Below, one piece after another: positions 55,686 to 63,998 of a stretch of DNA of 64,000 nt. The stretch comes from a virus. Lineage: Duplodnaviria > Caudoviricetes. Each line of letters starts with the position of its first letter. Position 1 is the stretch's first letter. Location: positions 352,001-416,000 of IMG/VR virus record IMGVR_UViG_3300027740_000003; one strand, given 5' to 3'. A model generated the notes under the pieces. That model was not told the origin of the DNA. It ran no database searches and saw nothing but the letters and a program-made list of their open reading frames with translations. The position numbers were made by a program, and so were the translations under genes.

Positions 55686-56066
55686 TTATAGTTTTGTTTC
55701 GTAATGCTTGGCCAAAGTAGGAACAGACAGGTGAAGTTTAACATTATCTCCCGGATGGAAAGCATGTTTTGATGAAGTACCGGCCGGCAGTTCAATAACT
55801 AGATCTGTTGGTTCATTGGGTCCAACAAACTTTTCTGAAAGAGGTTCTCCAGAACATATTTGAACAATCTTTCCCGCTTTACAGAATATAATATCCAATG
55901 GAGAAACTGTATTTTTCATCCAAAATTTTCTTTTTGCTTCTGTATTAAATGGAAAAGACATTACTGGAGGAGGCCAATTAGCATACATTAAACCTCTCTC
56001 TTGTTCCTCATCTGTAATTGCTACAAGTGTTGGAAACATCCTTCCATTTATAATAATTTTATCCAT
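55686..56066 (-). CDS. DUF192 family protein
   Basis: EEQERGLMY, FWMKNTVSPLDIIF, VIELPAG; start re-set to MDKII (GGAG SD). Confidence 0.88.
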   Translation of the reverse strand: MDKIIINGRMFPTLVAITDEEQERGLMYANWPPPVMSFPFNTEAKRKFWMKNTVSPLDIIFCKAGKIVQICSGEPLSEKFVGPNEPTDLVIELPAGTSSKHAFHPGDNVKLHLSVPTLAKHYETKL

Positions 56067-57573
56067 TCTTCTCCGATTCCCCACTAATAGATTTTCCCTG
56101 CATATCTTGAACATCATTAACAAGCTTCTTTACTTCATTAGCCATGCTTGTTATGTCAATCTGATTGATTGGACCAATATCATGCTTCTCGCCCGAGGCC
56201 CTCTGTTGTCCATAAAAGGTATTATGATTGTTAGCAAATTGAACAAAATCATAAGCAATTACAGCAATTTCCTTATATAAATCAGAAAGCATAATAAATA
56301 ATTCGGCAATTTTAGTATCTTTCCTCTCCAAAAGATCCATGACAGCATTCATAAGAAGAGAAAGATTCCTTAACTTCTTTACTGTATCTAATTTAGATTT
56401 TGAGAATTCATCAAAATAAAGACTCAATGTCATTCTTCGCATCCATCTTTCAAATTCCCTCGCTGCTACTTTTTCAAACACTCTATCTGCTTTCTTTATT
56501 TGCATTAATAGATTATATAATTCTTCAAAAGAACTTGCTTTTTGATTTAATTTCTTATTTAGAACGCTTAACAAATCTTTATATCCTTTTTGAAAAGCAT
56601 TAAAGTCAACTTCTTTCTCAGCCACAATAGCTGTTGCTATCTTTATTAACTCATTAGCTAATGATTTAAACTCATTGATATCAACAATTTCTCCTTCTAT
56701 AGCCTTTAATTCAACCAAAGAATTATGTCTAGCAATAGTAGGTTTAATGCTCTGAAGATCGGCAACTATATTCTTAGCCCTAACTATTTGTTCTGCTTTT
56801 GTATCAATTGGACCTTCTGGTTTAGGAAGAGTGTCTGGCTTAGCAGCATCTTCTTGTTCTGCTTTATTCCTGCTTTCTTCTAATTTTTTCTTAGTTTCCT
56901 GAAAAGCTTCGGATGGGTTTTTAACTTCAACAGTTTTTAATAGATTATCAAACTCTTCTTTTTTAACACCAGTAAGTTCTTGTCTTTGCCTATCAACTTC
57001 AAAATTAATCTTGTCAATAAATCTATTTCTGAACAGACCAAGAAATCTTAAATATGTAAAGAAGGAATGAGTTAGGGCTTTTTTGTCTTGTCCGGCAAGA
57101 ACATACTCAACATCATTAATTTGTTCTTGAAGTTCTGACAATGATGATAACAAACGAAGTCTAGTTTTAGTAGCTTTATCGTCTTTGAACCATGGTGTTT
57201 GAGTCCAGATTGACCATATCCTAGATAAAGGAGTCGAAGCCATTTTATAAGAAGCTTGAATTGGTTGAATTTCTTTTTGGCTATGTCGCCGAGTTTTGGA
57301 ATATTCTTCCTGATGTTCGACAATCTGTCTGGCTATATTGGCTAAATTATTGAATCTACTAGACATTTCTTCAATGTATGTAGAAATTTCAGGAGGAAGA
57401 GGATCTTTAATATTGGATGGAGGAAGCCCGGCCTGGGCATCACCTCTACCAGCAATACCCCTTTTTAAAGCAATGGATTGGGCAATGAAAACCTTCATTT
57501 CCTTTTGCCATTCCTTTTTGAGGTCCCGTAGGGATTGTTGCTTGGGGTCAGTGGATCTCGCTAATTTCTCCAT
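56059..57573 (-). CDS. hypothetical large helical protein
   Basis: 504-aa ORF. Confidence 0.8.
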   Translation of the reverse strand: MEKLARSTDPKQQSLRDLKKEWQKEMKVFIAQSIALKRGIAGRGDAQAGLPPSNIKDPLPPEISTYIEEMSSRFNNLANIARQIVEHQEEYSKTRRHSQKEIQPIQASYKMASTPLSRIWSIWTQTPWFKDDKATKTRLRLLSSLSELQEQINDVEYVLAGQDKKALTHSFFTYLRFLGLFRNRFIDKINFEVDRQRQELTGVKKEEFDNLLKTVEVKNPSEAFQETKKKLEESRNKAEQEDAAKPDTLPKPEGPIDTKAEQIVRAKNIVADLQSIKPTIARHNSLVELKAIEGEIVDINEFKSLANELIKIATAIVAEKEVDFNAFQKGYKDLLSVLNKKLNQKASSFEELYNLLMQIKKADRVFEKVAAREFERWMRRMTLSLYFDEFSKSKLDTVKKLRNLSLLMNAVMDLLERKDTKIAELFIMLSDLYKEIAVIAYDFVQFANNHNTFYGQQRASGEKHDIGPINQIDITSMANEVKKLVNDVQDMQGKSISGESEKNG

Positions 57574-57591
57574 GCTATAATGTAATATTAT

Positions 57592-57939
57592 TCAGTGTTT
57601 AAATCTTTCAACAAACTTTCTGTTATTGCAACAGTCTTGTTTCATGCTATAAATGTTGAAGCATTTAGAACATTGTGTTGCAAATTTAGAGATCTCTTTA
57701 TATTTAAAAGAGGAAGAACGAAAATATAAAAATTCTCTAGAAAGAAAATTCTCACTATATATACTATAGTAAGAAAATTTATACCTTGGTATATTCGACC
57801 AATGCCTGGAATAATCTTTCCCCACTACTATAAAATCAGCAGCAGAACATAACAACAATTCAGAACCACAATTCTTGCATCTTGTGTGAAGATGCAATGT
57901 AGGTGGACCCATTCTACATTGTGCAATTCTTTTTCTCAT
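57592..57939 (-). CDS. split zinc-ribbon protein, paralog 1
   Basis: CKNCGSELL...CSKC. Confidence 0.7.
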   Translation of the reverse strand: MRKRIAQCRMGPPTLHLHTRCKNCGSELLLCSAADFIVVGKDYSRHWSNIPRYKFSYYSIYSENFLSREFLYFRSSSFKYKEISKFATQCSKCFNIYSMKQDCCNNRKFVERFKH

Positions 57940-58343
57940 CTAACTCTGTATACTTTACTTGTCATGTTGCATTTTTTACAAGAAACTTGTAAAAAAGTAT
58001 TTCCAATACGATAATTAGTCCACATATCAGAATTAACCAATACAGCCACTTGTGTCCCAAATAGAAGATTATATCTTTTCTGATTAAAAATATAAAATCT
58101 TATGTCTGTCAAATCTCGGGCATCGTAATGAACTTGTTTATATCTATTAAATGCATTTAATTTCTCTCTTTTTATTAAGAGAGAAGATTTAAAAGGTCTA
58201 TTCTCACACAAAACTAATTCCCCGCCGCAAAACTTGCAACGTTCGCGGCACTGGATTAATTTTTTAACAAGATCCGTCCTAAACAAATGTTCATCAATAC
58301 TTTTCATTTTCCAAACATATGAACTGATTTGTGCCACCCACAT
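57936..58343 (-). CDS. split zinc-ribbon protein, paralog 2
   Basis: CKFCGGELV...CKKC. Confidence 0.7.
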   Translation of the reverse strand: MWVAQISSYVWKMKSIDEHLFRTDLVKKLIQCRERCKFCGGELVLCENRPFKSSLLIKREKLNAFNRYKQVHYDARDLTDIRFYIFNQKRYNLLFGTQVAVLVNSDMWTNYRIGNTFLQVSCKKCNMTSKVYRVR

Positions 58344-58654
58344 CTTTTACAAGATAAAAGAAGCTGTTTACACGTACAGTATTTACTAGAATCAACTGTA
58401 TAACATATTCTTCTAGTGGTTTTATCAACCAAATCCACAATTTTATCATTTTTCGAATCAGAATAATCTAAAGAAAAATAAACAATACTACTATGAGATT
58501 TATACATTGTTTTCGTATTATACATTTGTGCAAATCTAAGCTTAAACTTACCTTCTCCATAAGTAGAAGCGTCTATAAATGCCAAGGAGGCGCCACAATT
58601 GCCGCAGCGCCTCCTGTTGGATACAATTTTTCTAAAAAACTCTTGTCTATACAA
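58304..58654 (-). CDS. split zinc-ribbon protein, paralog 3
   Basis: CGNCGASLA...CKRC. Confidence 0.7.
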   Translation of the reverse strand: MYRQEFFRKIVSNRRRCGNCGASLAFIDASTYGEGKFKLRFAQMYNTKTMYKSHSSIVYFSLDYSDSKNDKIVDLVDKTTRRICYTVDSSKYCTCKQLLLSCKRCGWHKSVHMFGK

Positions 58655-58662
58655 GCAGTTTT

Positions 58663-59280
58663 CTATTTGCTTTTGCGGGTTTTTAATGTTTTTTCTCCAA
58701 CGATTTTATCAATTAAACCAAAATCTTTTGCTTCCTCAGCGGAAAAATAAGTTTCTTCTTTCATTAATTTTTTAACTGTTTCCAACGATTGGCCGGTAAA
58801 ATCAGATACCATACCTGCCAGCTTAGTATTTAAATTGTTAACCATTGTTGCTTTTTTTACCAAATCGGAAGTTGATTCAACAAATTCTTCAACATTTACA
58901 TTTTGAACTTCATGTATTAAAATGTGAGAATTAGGAAAAGCTCTTCTTTCTCCCTTTGCCCCAGCTCCTAAAAGTATAGCTCCACAAGAATAAGCTTTTC
59001 CAATACATGTTGTTCTCACTGGCGCTTTAATATAATTCATTGTATCGTATATTGTAAATAGTCCAGAGTGAATTCCTCCACCATTCGTATTTATATACAA
59101 ATCAATTGGATCTGTTTCACTTTTGCTATTTAAAAATAGCAAAGATGCACAAATTATTGTTGCAACCTCAGTATTGATGTCCGTTGCAAGAAATAATATT
59201 CTCTCTTTAACCAGTCTGGAAAAGATATCATATAAAACTTCACCGTCTTTTGTCTTCTCAAATACTAGTGGGTTTATCAT
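58663..59280 (-). CDS. clpP: ClpP protease subunit
   Basis: DIFSRLVKERILFL, YINTNGG, GKAYSCGAILL (Ser), ILIHEV (His), YFSAEEAKDFGLID. Confidence 0.93.
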   Translation of the reverse strand: MINPLVFEKTKDGEVLYDIFSRLVKERILFLATDINTEVATIICASLLFLNSKSETDPIDLYINTNGGGIHSGLFTIYDTMNYIKAPVRTTCIGKAYSCGAILLGAGAKGERRAFPNSHILIHEVQNVNVEEFVESTSDLVKKATMVNNLNTKLAGMVSDFTGQSLETVKKLMKEETYFSAEEAKDFGLIDKIVGEKTLKTRKSK

Positions 59281-59284
59281 TTTG

Positions 59285-59641
59285 TTATGCTTTTTTAAAT
59301 TGTTTTGCTTTATGTTCTAACTTCTCAGCACAAACAATACAGGTTATTACATCAGGTTTAGCTAAAAGCCGCTTCTCTGCAATATCTTCACCACACTCTT
59401 CACATTCACCAAATTTGTTATCGTCAATACGCTTTAAAGCTGCTTCAATGCTTCTAAGCTGTTTTAGGAGGCGAATCGACAAATCTTCCTGCATTTTAAC
59501 TAATGTGGCACCGGCAGCAACATCTATCTCGTCTCCATCCACATCATATTCATTTTCATCGTTCTTTGCAAGTTTTTTATTTATCTCTTCCCTCTGCTCA
59601 AGAAAGGATTGTTTTATTTTTTGAAGTTGGTTTTTTCTCAT
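59285..59641 (-). CDS. dksA: DksA/TraR C4 zinc-finger protein
   Basis: Coiled-coil tip DEIDVA (DxxDxA), FGECEECGEDI...RLLAKP...CIVC; start re-set to MRKNQ. Confidence 0.88.
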   Translation of the reverse strand: MRKNQLQKIKQSFLEQREEINKKLAKNDENEYDVDGDEIDVAAGATLVKMQEDLSIRLLKQLRSIEAALKRIDDNKFGECEECGEDIAEKRLLAKPDVITCIVCAEKLEHKAKQFKKA

Positions 59642-59744
59642 AGATTTATCCAATTGATCAGTTCTCAAACAATTATATGTGTTCATGCCCAGCCTGGACA
59701 AAGAAGATTCGTTCCTCACAGATCTCGACAGATTGCCACAAAAT

Positions 59745-59775
59745 GCAGAAAACCTGCCCTTGAGGGCAGGTTTTC
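59745..59775. terminator. intrinsic terminator, possibly bidirectional
   Basis: GAAAACCTGCCCT-TG-AGGGCAGGTTTTC perfect inverted repeat. Confidence 0.75.
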
Positions 59776-59794
59776 CATTTATACCAGGTTTTTA

Positions 59795-60349
59795 TTATGC
59801 GCCTTGCATCACAAGGCCATCAAGATCCTTGATGAAAGCTGCACGAGAATTCGGAAGGCTCTTCTTATCTTCCTTCATATGAGTCTTGAAAATGATCCAA
59901 CAAGAATCATCGTTGCCCTCAATAAGACGAACCGTCACGTTCCAGTCCTTATACACAGCAGTGCCGTGTCCAGGCTTAAAAACAATTGAGGTAAGATCAA
60001 TCGAAGGCCCCACCTCACGCTTTTTCTCCTTGGGAACCAATACTCCAAGGCGAGGATAGAATGGACCCTTTGTACTTACGTCCTCCTCAAGAACACCATT
60101 GGTTTTGGCAAATTCCTTTTTAGCAGCCGCAATAATAACATCACTGGGCTCGAGGGTGCCAGGCTCAGCATCATACTCAGACATTACGATTTCGTCATTA
60201 ACAATGGCAGCACACACAACCTTAACAGGTCGGGGACTCTTCGCACCACCATCCTCTACCTTTCGACGGCCTCGCCCCCGTGCCACTGGTGTTGTTTCAG
60301 TTGTCGTATTGGTTGTCTCAATTGTCGTATCGGTTGTTGAATCAGTCAT
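59795..60349 (-). CDS. hypothetical protein with Thr-rich N-terminus and RGRGRR motif
   Basis: 184 aa, AGGAG SD, below consensus promoter. Confidence 0.8.
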   Translation of the reverse strand: MTDSTTDTTIETTNTTTETTPVARGRGRRKVEDGGAKSPRPVKVVCAAIVNDEIVMSEYDAEPGTLEPSDVIIAAAKKEFAKTNGVLEEDVSTKGPFYPRLGVLVPKEKKREVGPSIDLTSIVFKPGHGTAVYKDWNVTVRLIEGNDDSCWIIFKTHMKEDKKSLPNSRAAFIKDLDGLVMQGA

Positions 60350-60388
60350 GTTTTATCTCCTTTTAGAAGCTCTCCGCCTCACTCTATG

Positions 60389-60417
60389 AACCTAAGGCCT
60401 GATCCTCCTTCTGTCAA
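60389..60417 (-). promoter_or_regulatory. sigma70-type promoter
   Basis: TTGACA-17nt-TAGGTT. Confidence 0.75.
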
Positions 60418-60472
60418 CCTCCACCACCAGCTTTTTCTCGCCAACCCCCATCACTTTGGAGCAACTCCCCTA

Positions 60473-60718
60473 CTACTCCCTATTTTCTCTTTCTAATTTA
60501 TTTTTAATCATTTTTATTAATGATATGTTGGATATAAATCTAACTACGCTTTTTCTTACACTAAATATTCCAAAATTGTTTATGTTAAATATTCCGTCTT
60601 CAATAATCTTTTGTTTTATATGTTTATTTGCTTCACTAATTACATCTTCAATTAATAATTTAGATATTGTTTTTCCTAATTTGTTATAGACTTTGTCTGT
60701 AAAATCTTTTTTCAACAT
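60473..60718 (-). CDS. HU/IHF-like small DNA-binding protein with shortened arm
   Basis: Two N-terminal helices then GIFNINNFGIFSVRK. Confidence 0.55.
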   Translation of the reverse strand: MLKKDFTDKVYNKLGKTISKLLIEDVISEANKHIKQKIIEDGIFNINNFGIFSVRKSVVRFISNISLIKMIKNKLERENRE

Positions 60719-60749
60719 AAAAGAAATGGGCCAGACTTATCTGGCCCAT
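60719..60749 (-). terminator. intrinsic terminator
   Basis: ATGGGCCAGA-4nt-TCTGGCCCAT then TTCTTTT on minus strand. Confidence 0.75.
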
Positions 60750-60768
60750 CGACAATTATCTAATAAAC

Positions 60769-61812
60769 TCAAACTGGGAAAGAAATCCAGGGAACAACAA
60801 ATCCTAGACCTTCTCTCTTCAACTTCGCTGAAACAATTTCTTCCAACGTTCCTTCGTCCTTAACAATTTTGTCTCTTAATTGCATTAAGAGTTTGCCAAG
60901 ATTATTTTCTCCATCACCTTGGCGATTAACTCCCCAATACTTATCCTTAGAGTTGCCCATAACCAATTCAGCATCTCCTGTTTCCAGAAGTCTTACCTTC
61001 ATTTCAAAGTTCTGGAATTTATCCTCAAGAATTCTTTCCATAATAATATTTTTTCTATTATCCCAGTCTGGGATAATTGGAGATTTTCTTCCTAATGATA
61101 CCGCTGTTCTAGCATCCGGAGCATCGATAATAAGTTGCTGCGCATCTTTATCAAATGTTTTATTTGCTTGATAAGCATGTTCAACAGTCTTAAAATTAAC
61201 AAAGTGTGAGCAATTTCCACATTGGTCATCGTCATAAAAACATAACGATGACTGCAAACAAAGGAAATCGTTTCTCAGAAATTCGTGATCCCCAGAAAAA
61301 TCAGATATAACCTTGCCTGATTTCGTAGGAGCAACAACTGTATCTGATGTAATTCCTCCAGCAATTCTCCTAAACATTTCAGCATCATCATAATCAAGAA
61401 TTGTTGAATATTTATGTGTTTCAACAATTGGCACACCATCATCAGGCTTAACCGGAACTATATCATTCTCGTAATCCTCTTCATCATCATCATCTGAAGT
61501 AGGGGTTGCAGACGGACCACAACCAGAACAACCACAGCAATTATTTGCCTCTCCGCCTTGTTCTTTGGCCTTAGCTTCTCTTTCCGCCTTGGCTCTTTCA
61601 AACTTCAGCATCTGGTCTTGGTTATAAAAAACATCTCCTCTGGCATTATTAGCAACCTCCGAGACAAGAGAATGCAAAACAGACTCAATTTCTCTAGTAG
61701 GAAACTCCTCCCACTTCTCAAAAAGTTCATTCATGAATGAATGAGACTCCTTATAAAAGGCATCACCTTCTGGGTTTAAAATTTCTCTATTGTCTTCAAA
61801 TAGTGTCTTCAC
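60769..61812 (-). CDS. NADAR (YbiA-like) domain protein with N-terminal extension
   Basis: FKTVEHAYQANK, WDNRKNIIME..LEDKF, LLETGDAELV, YWG...GENNLGKLLMQLR. Confidence 0.88.
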   Translation of the reverse strand: MKTLFEDNREILNPEGDAFYKESHSFMNELFEKWEEFPTREIESVLHSLVSEVANNARGDVFYNQDQMLKFERAKAEREAKAKEQGGEANNCCGCSGCGPSATPTSDDDDEEDYENDIVPVKPDDGVPIVETHKYSTILDYDDAEMFRRIAGGITSDTVVAPTKSGKVISDFSGDHEFLRNDFLCLQSSLCFYDDDQCGNCSHFVNFKTVEHAYQANKTFDKDAQQLIIDAPDARTAVSLGRKSPIIPDWDNRKNIIMERILEDKFQNFEMKVRLLETGDAELVMGNSKDKYWGVNRQGDGENNLGKLLMQLRDKIVKDEGTLEEIVSAKLKREGLGFVVPWISFPV

Positions 61813-62072
61813 TTTGATTTTCCTTTCATATTTCTAGCAATCTCTTTATCTAACTCATTGGCAAGTTTTCTCAAAATATCTGGAGTCAATGTTGATCCTA
61901 TCAAATTAAAAGAAGCAGTATTCCTATAGCTATTTAATTATAGAGTCTGATTTAAATAAATATTATTATCATCATCGCCATTATCAATAATCTCAGTTGT
62001 CAATAATAATTGTTCTCCGCCATTATCTTCCGGATTAAAACAAAAAACATGTATTTTCTTAATCTTGTCCAT
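61809..62072 (-). pseudogene. ORF interrupted by in-frame TAA (61938-61940)
   Basis: MDKIKK...IYLNQTL*LNSYRNTASFNLIGSTLTPDILRKLANELDKEIARNMKGKSK*, ending in GTGA overlap with NADAR start. Confidence 0.65.
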
Positions 62073-62094
62073 CGCTAACCTGCCCCTCAATTCA

Positions 62095-62123
62095 AACCTA
62101 ACCATCCCGCCGTTGTCTGTCAA
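62095..62123 (-). promoter_or_regulatory. sigma70-type promoter
   Basis: TTGACA-17nt-TAGGTT. Confidence 0.75.
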
Positions 62124-62731
62124 GCTAGTTCTTTAAACTTTCTTTCGTCCCCACCACAAAATTCCTTCAATTCATCAAACCAACTCTGCCGCTTCAACTT
62201 CACCATGAACGGCTGGCCGGTCTTTTTGTCCAAACTACCTTTGCATACAACCCCCTCAGATCCTAATCCTTCTAGAGTTCCGTCTTTAACCGATTGGACA
62301 AAATCATCTGTTAATGGCCCTTGGTAGAGCACAGGGGCCGTTTTTGAAAACAATTCAACGAACTGCTCCGGGATTAGAAAACCCTTTTTATAAAACGAAA
62401 TATCAATAAATGAACACTGGTGCGGTTCCGTGTGATGTTGACCAAATTTAGAATGTTCCCCATGAAATTCAAAAAAGCATATGGCGGAATCTATTTTTGT
62501 GGATAATAAAATATTATTAATATCTTTTTCTTGTTCTTTGATCAAACCAATGGATTCACCAAGAGGAACATCAGATTCTGAAATAAGTCGCGTTCTTGAA
62601 CCAAACTTGTAGAATCCTCTTTTTCGATTCCATTCTGCTCTAATATTAGAACCATCTATCTTTTGGAAAGCAACTATATGTTTTCCAACATCAGATTGTT
62701 GAAAATAACGAATTGTTGGATATGATTTCAA
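62120..62731 (-). CDS. ATP-dependent RNA ligase-like adenylyltransferase domain (Rnl2-like)
   Basis: Motif I QKIDGSN, III FFEFHG, IV EGVVCK, V MVKLK. Confidence 0.8.
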   Translation of the reverse strand: MKSYPTIRYFQQSDVGKHIVAFQKIDGSNIRAEWNRKRGFYKFGSRTRLISESDVPLGESIGLIKEQEKDINNILLSTKIDSAICFFEFHGEHSKFGQHHTEPHQCSFIDISFYKKGFLIPEQFVELFSKTAPVLYQGPLTDDFVQSVKDGTLEGLGSEGVVCKGSLDKKTGQPFMVKLKRQSWFDELKEFCGGDERKFKELA

Positions 62732-62732
62732 T

Positions 62733-63029
62733 TTAAATATATCTTTCTATCAAATACACTTCGTCTTTTTCATCATAGCCAACAACTAGAATTGGTTCGC
62801 CTTTTCTAATTTTTCTACGATATGTTTTAGACATCATTGATGTTTTTGCCATAACATGTCTATCATTTAAATAGATTAGACCGCCTTCTTCATCAATAAT
62901 TGTTTCAGCAAAAAATCTTTTTCCAATAAAATCACTTGGTTTTATTTTTGGCTCATAATAAAACATTGTTGCATAAACTGCAACAAAAACAACTATACTA
63001 ACTATTATTGGAATAATATATTGAAACAT
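62733..63029 (-). CDS. membrane protein with NfeD-like C-terminal OB segment
   Basis: N-terminal TM helix; IRKGEPILVVG. Confidence 0.55.
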   Translation of the reverse strand: MFQYIIPIIVSIVVFVAVYATMFYYEPKIKPSDFIGKRFFAETIIDEEGGLIYLNDRHVMAKTSMMSKTYRRKIRKGEPILVVGYDEKDEVYLIERYI

Positions 63030-63535
63030 TATATATTTATACTAAAATATGTGTTTCGATTATCCCAAGCTGATCCTTTCAGGATAGCTCTAAAGGTGGG
63101 AGACTTCTTTTCCTCATCCCGCATTAGAACAGATCTTTCGAATAACCATTTAATAGCCAGATATACCGGGGAAGGATCTAGACCGTCGTACCCTACTTTG
63201 TCAATTAGCTCTCTTGACGTCAAGGGCTTGGAGGAACTTTCCACAACATCAACTATTTCTTTTAATAGTTCTTTATACGAAGGATCATCCTCTGCTTCTT
63301 TTAATTCATTATTAACAATTGTAGGTTTAATTCTACGACTTCTTTTAACATCTTCATGATTAAAAGCCTTTAATACTTTTTGCAATTTGTCCCGTTCTTC
63401 TCTAAGTTCATATATCTTTTCTAGTTCAGAATCAATTTCGTTGCGTCTTTCTATGGCTTTTTTACACATATCGGCGGGTTTTGTAATACCGCTATCTACA
63501 CAGCTTGAAATGAAATCTTCGACAAAATCGGACAT
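63029..63535 (-). CDS. hypothetical protein, coiled coil plus winged-HTH-like domain
   Basis: KPLTSRELIDKVG...VYLAIKWLFERSVL. Confidence 0.6.
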   Translation of the reverse strand: MSDFVEDFISSCVDSGITKPADMCKKAIERRNEIDSELEKIYELREERDKLQKVLKAFNHEDVKRSRRIKPTIVNNELKEAEDDPSYKELLKEIVDVVESSSKPLTSRELIDKVGYDGLDPSPVYLAIKWLFERSVLMRDEEKKSPTFRAILKGSAWDNRNTYFSINI

Positions 63536-63590
63536 GCTTCTTCTCCAATGATGGGAGGAAAGGTTGTATTAGACGGAACGGCTCGACAGA

Positions 63591-63998
63591 TTAGCACATA
63601 TTGATAATTTCTTTCAAAGACTCAAATAAATCATCATATTCATCACACGGCTCCCATAACAAACCCAGAGAGCTCATTTTTTCGAAACCGGCAGATCCAA
63701 TAAGCATTTCGTACAAACCTTCCTGTTTCCATCCAGCAGGTGTTTTTAACACAAATAAACCATAATCTTCTATTCCATAAATAGCTTTTACTCCATGAAT
63801 AGGTCCTTTGTTTACGGCATAAGTGGCCAAGAATTCATGATAATCATTTTGATTATTGCAAAGATCCGTTGCAATAACTTTAACTTGCATACCTTGGTGC
63901 TTTAAAACACCACACCATAAACCAAATTTCTCCGGTGATATATTCCCTAGTTCATCTTCAAACTCTATGTTAATCGTTTTATCTAGAAGAAATTCTTT
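63591..63998 (-). CDS. hypothetical protein, 5' partial
   Basis: Frame of track ORF 63591-63890 stays open to window end. Confidence 0.65.
   Translation of the reverse strand, partial: KEFLLDKTINIEFEDELGNISPEKFGLWCGVLKHQGMQVKVIATDLCNNQNDYHEFLATYAVNKGPIHGVKAIYGIEDYGLFVLKTPAGWKQEGLYEMLIGSAGFEKMSSLGLLWEPCDEYDDLFESLKEIINMC

Noticed and set aside
59660-59700. TTGTCC-18nt-TATAAT upstream of dksA as a promoter
   Set aside because: It does not match the six-copy family, and the -35 and spacing are suboptimal; plausible but unsupported.
5419-63042. GTATAAATA(C/T)ATAATG at 5419-5434 and 63027-63042 resembling a T4 late promoter
   Set aside because: Only two copies in a very AT-rich sequence, one of them inside the coding end of the upstream gene; insufficient support.
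832-63359. All plus-strand ORFs in the track (e.g. 24926-25336, 41606-42127, 59250-59624)
   Set aside because: They are antisense shadows of well-supported minus-strand genes, with no motifs or SD and atypical composition.
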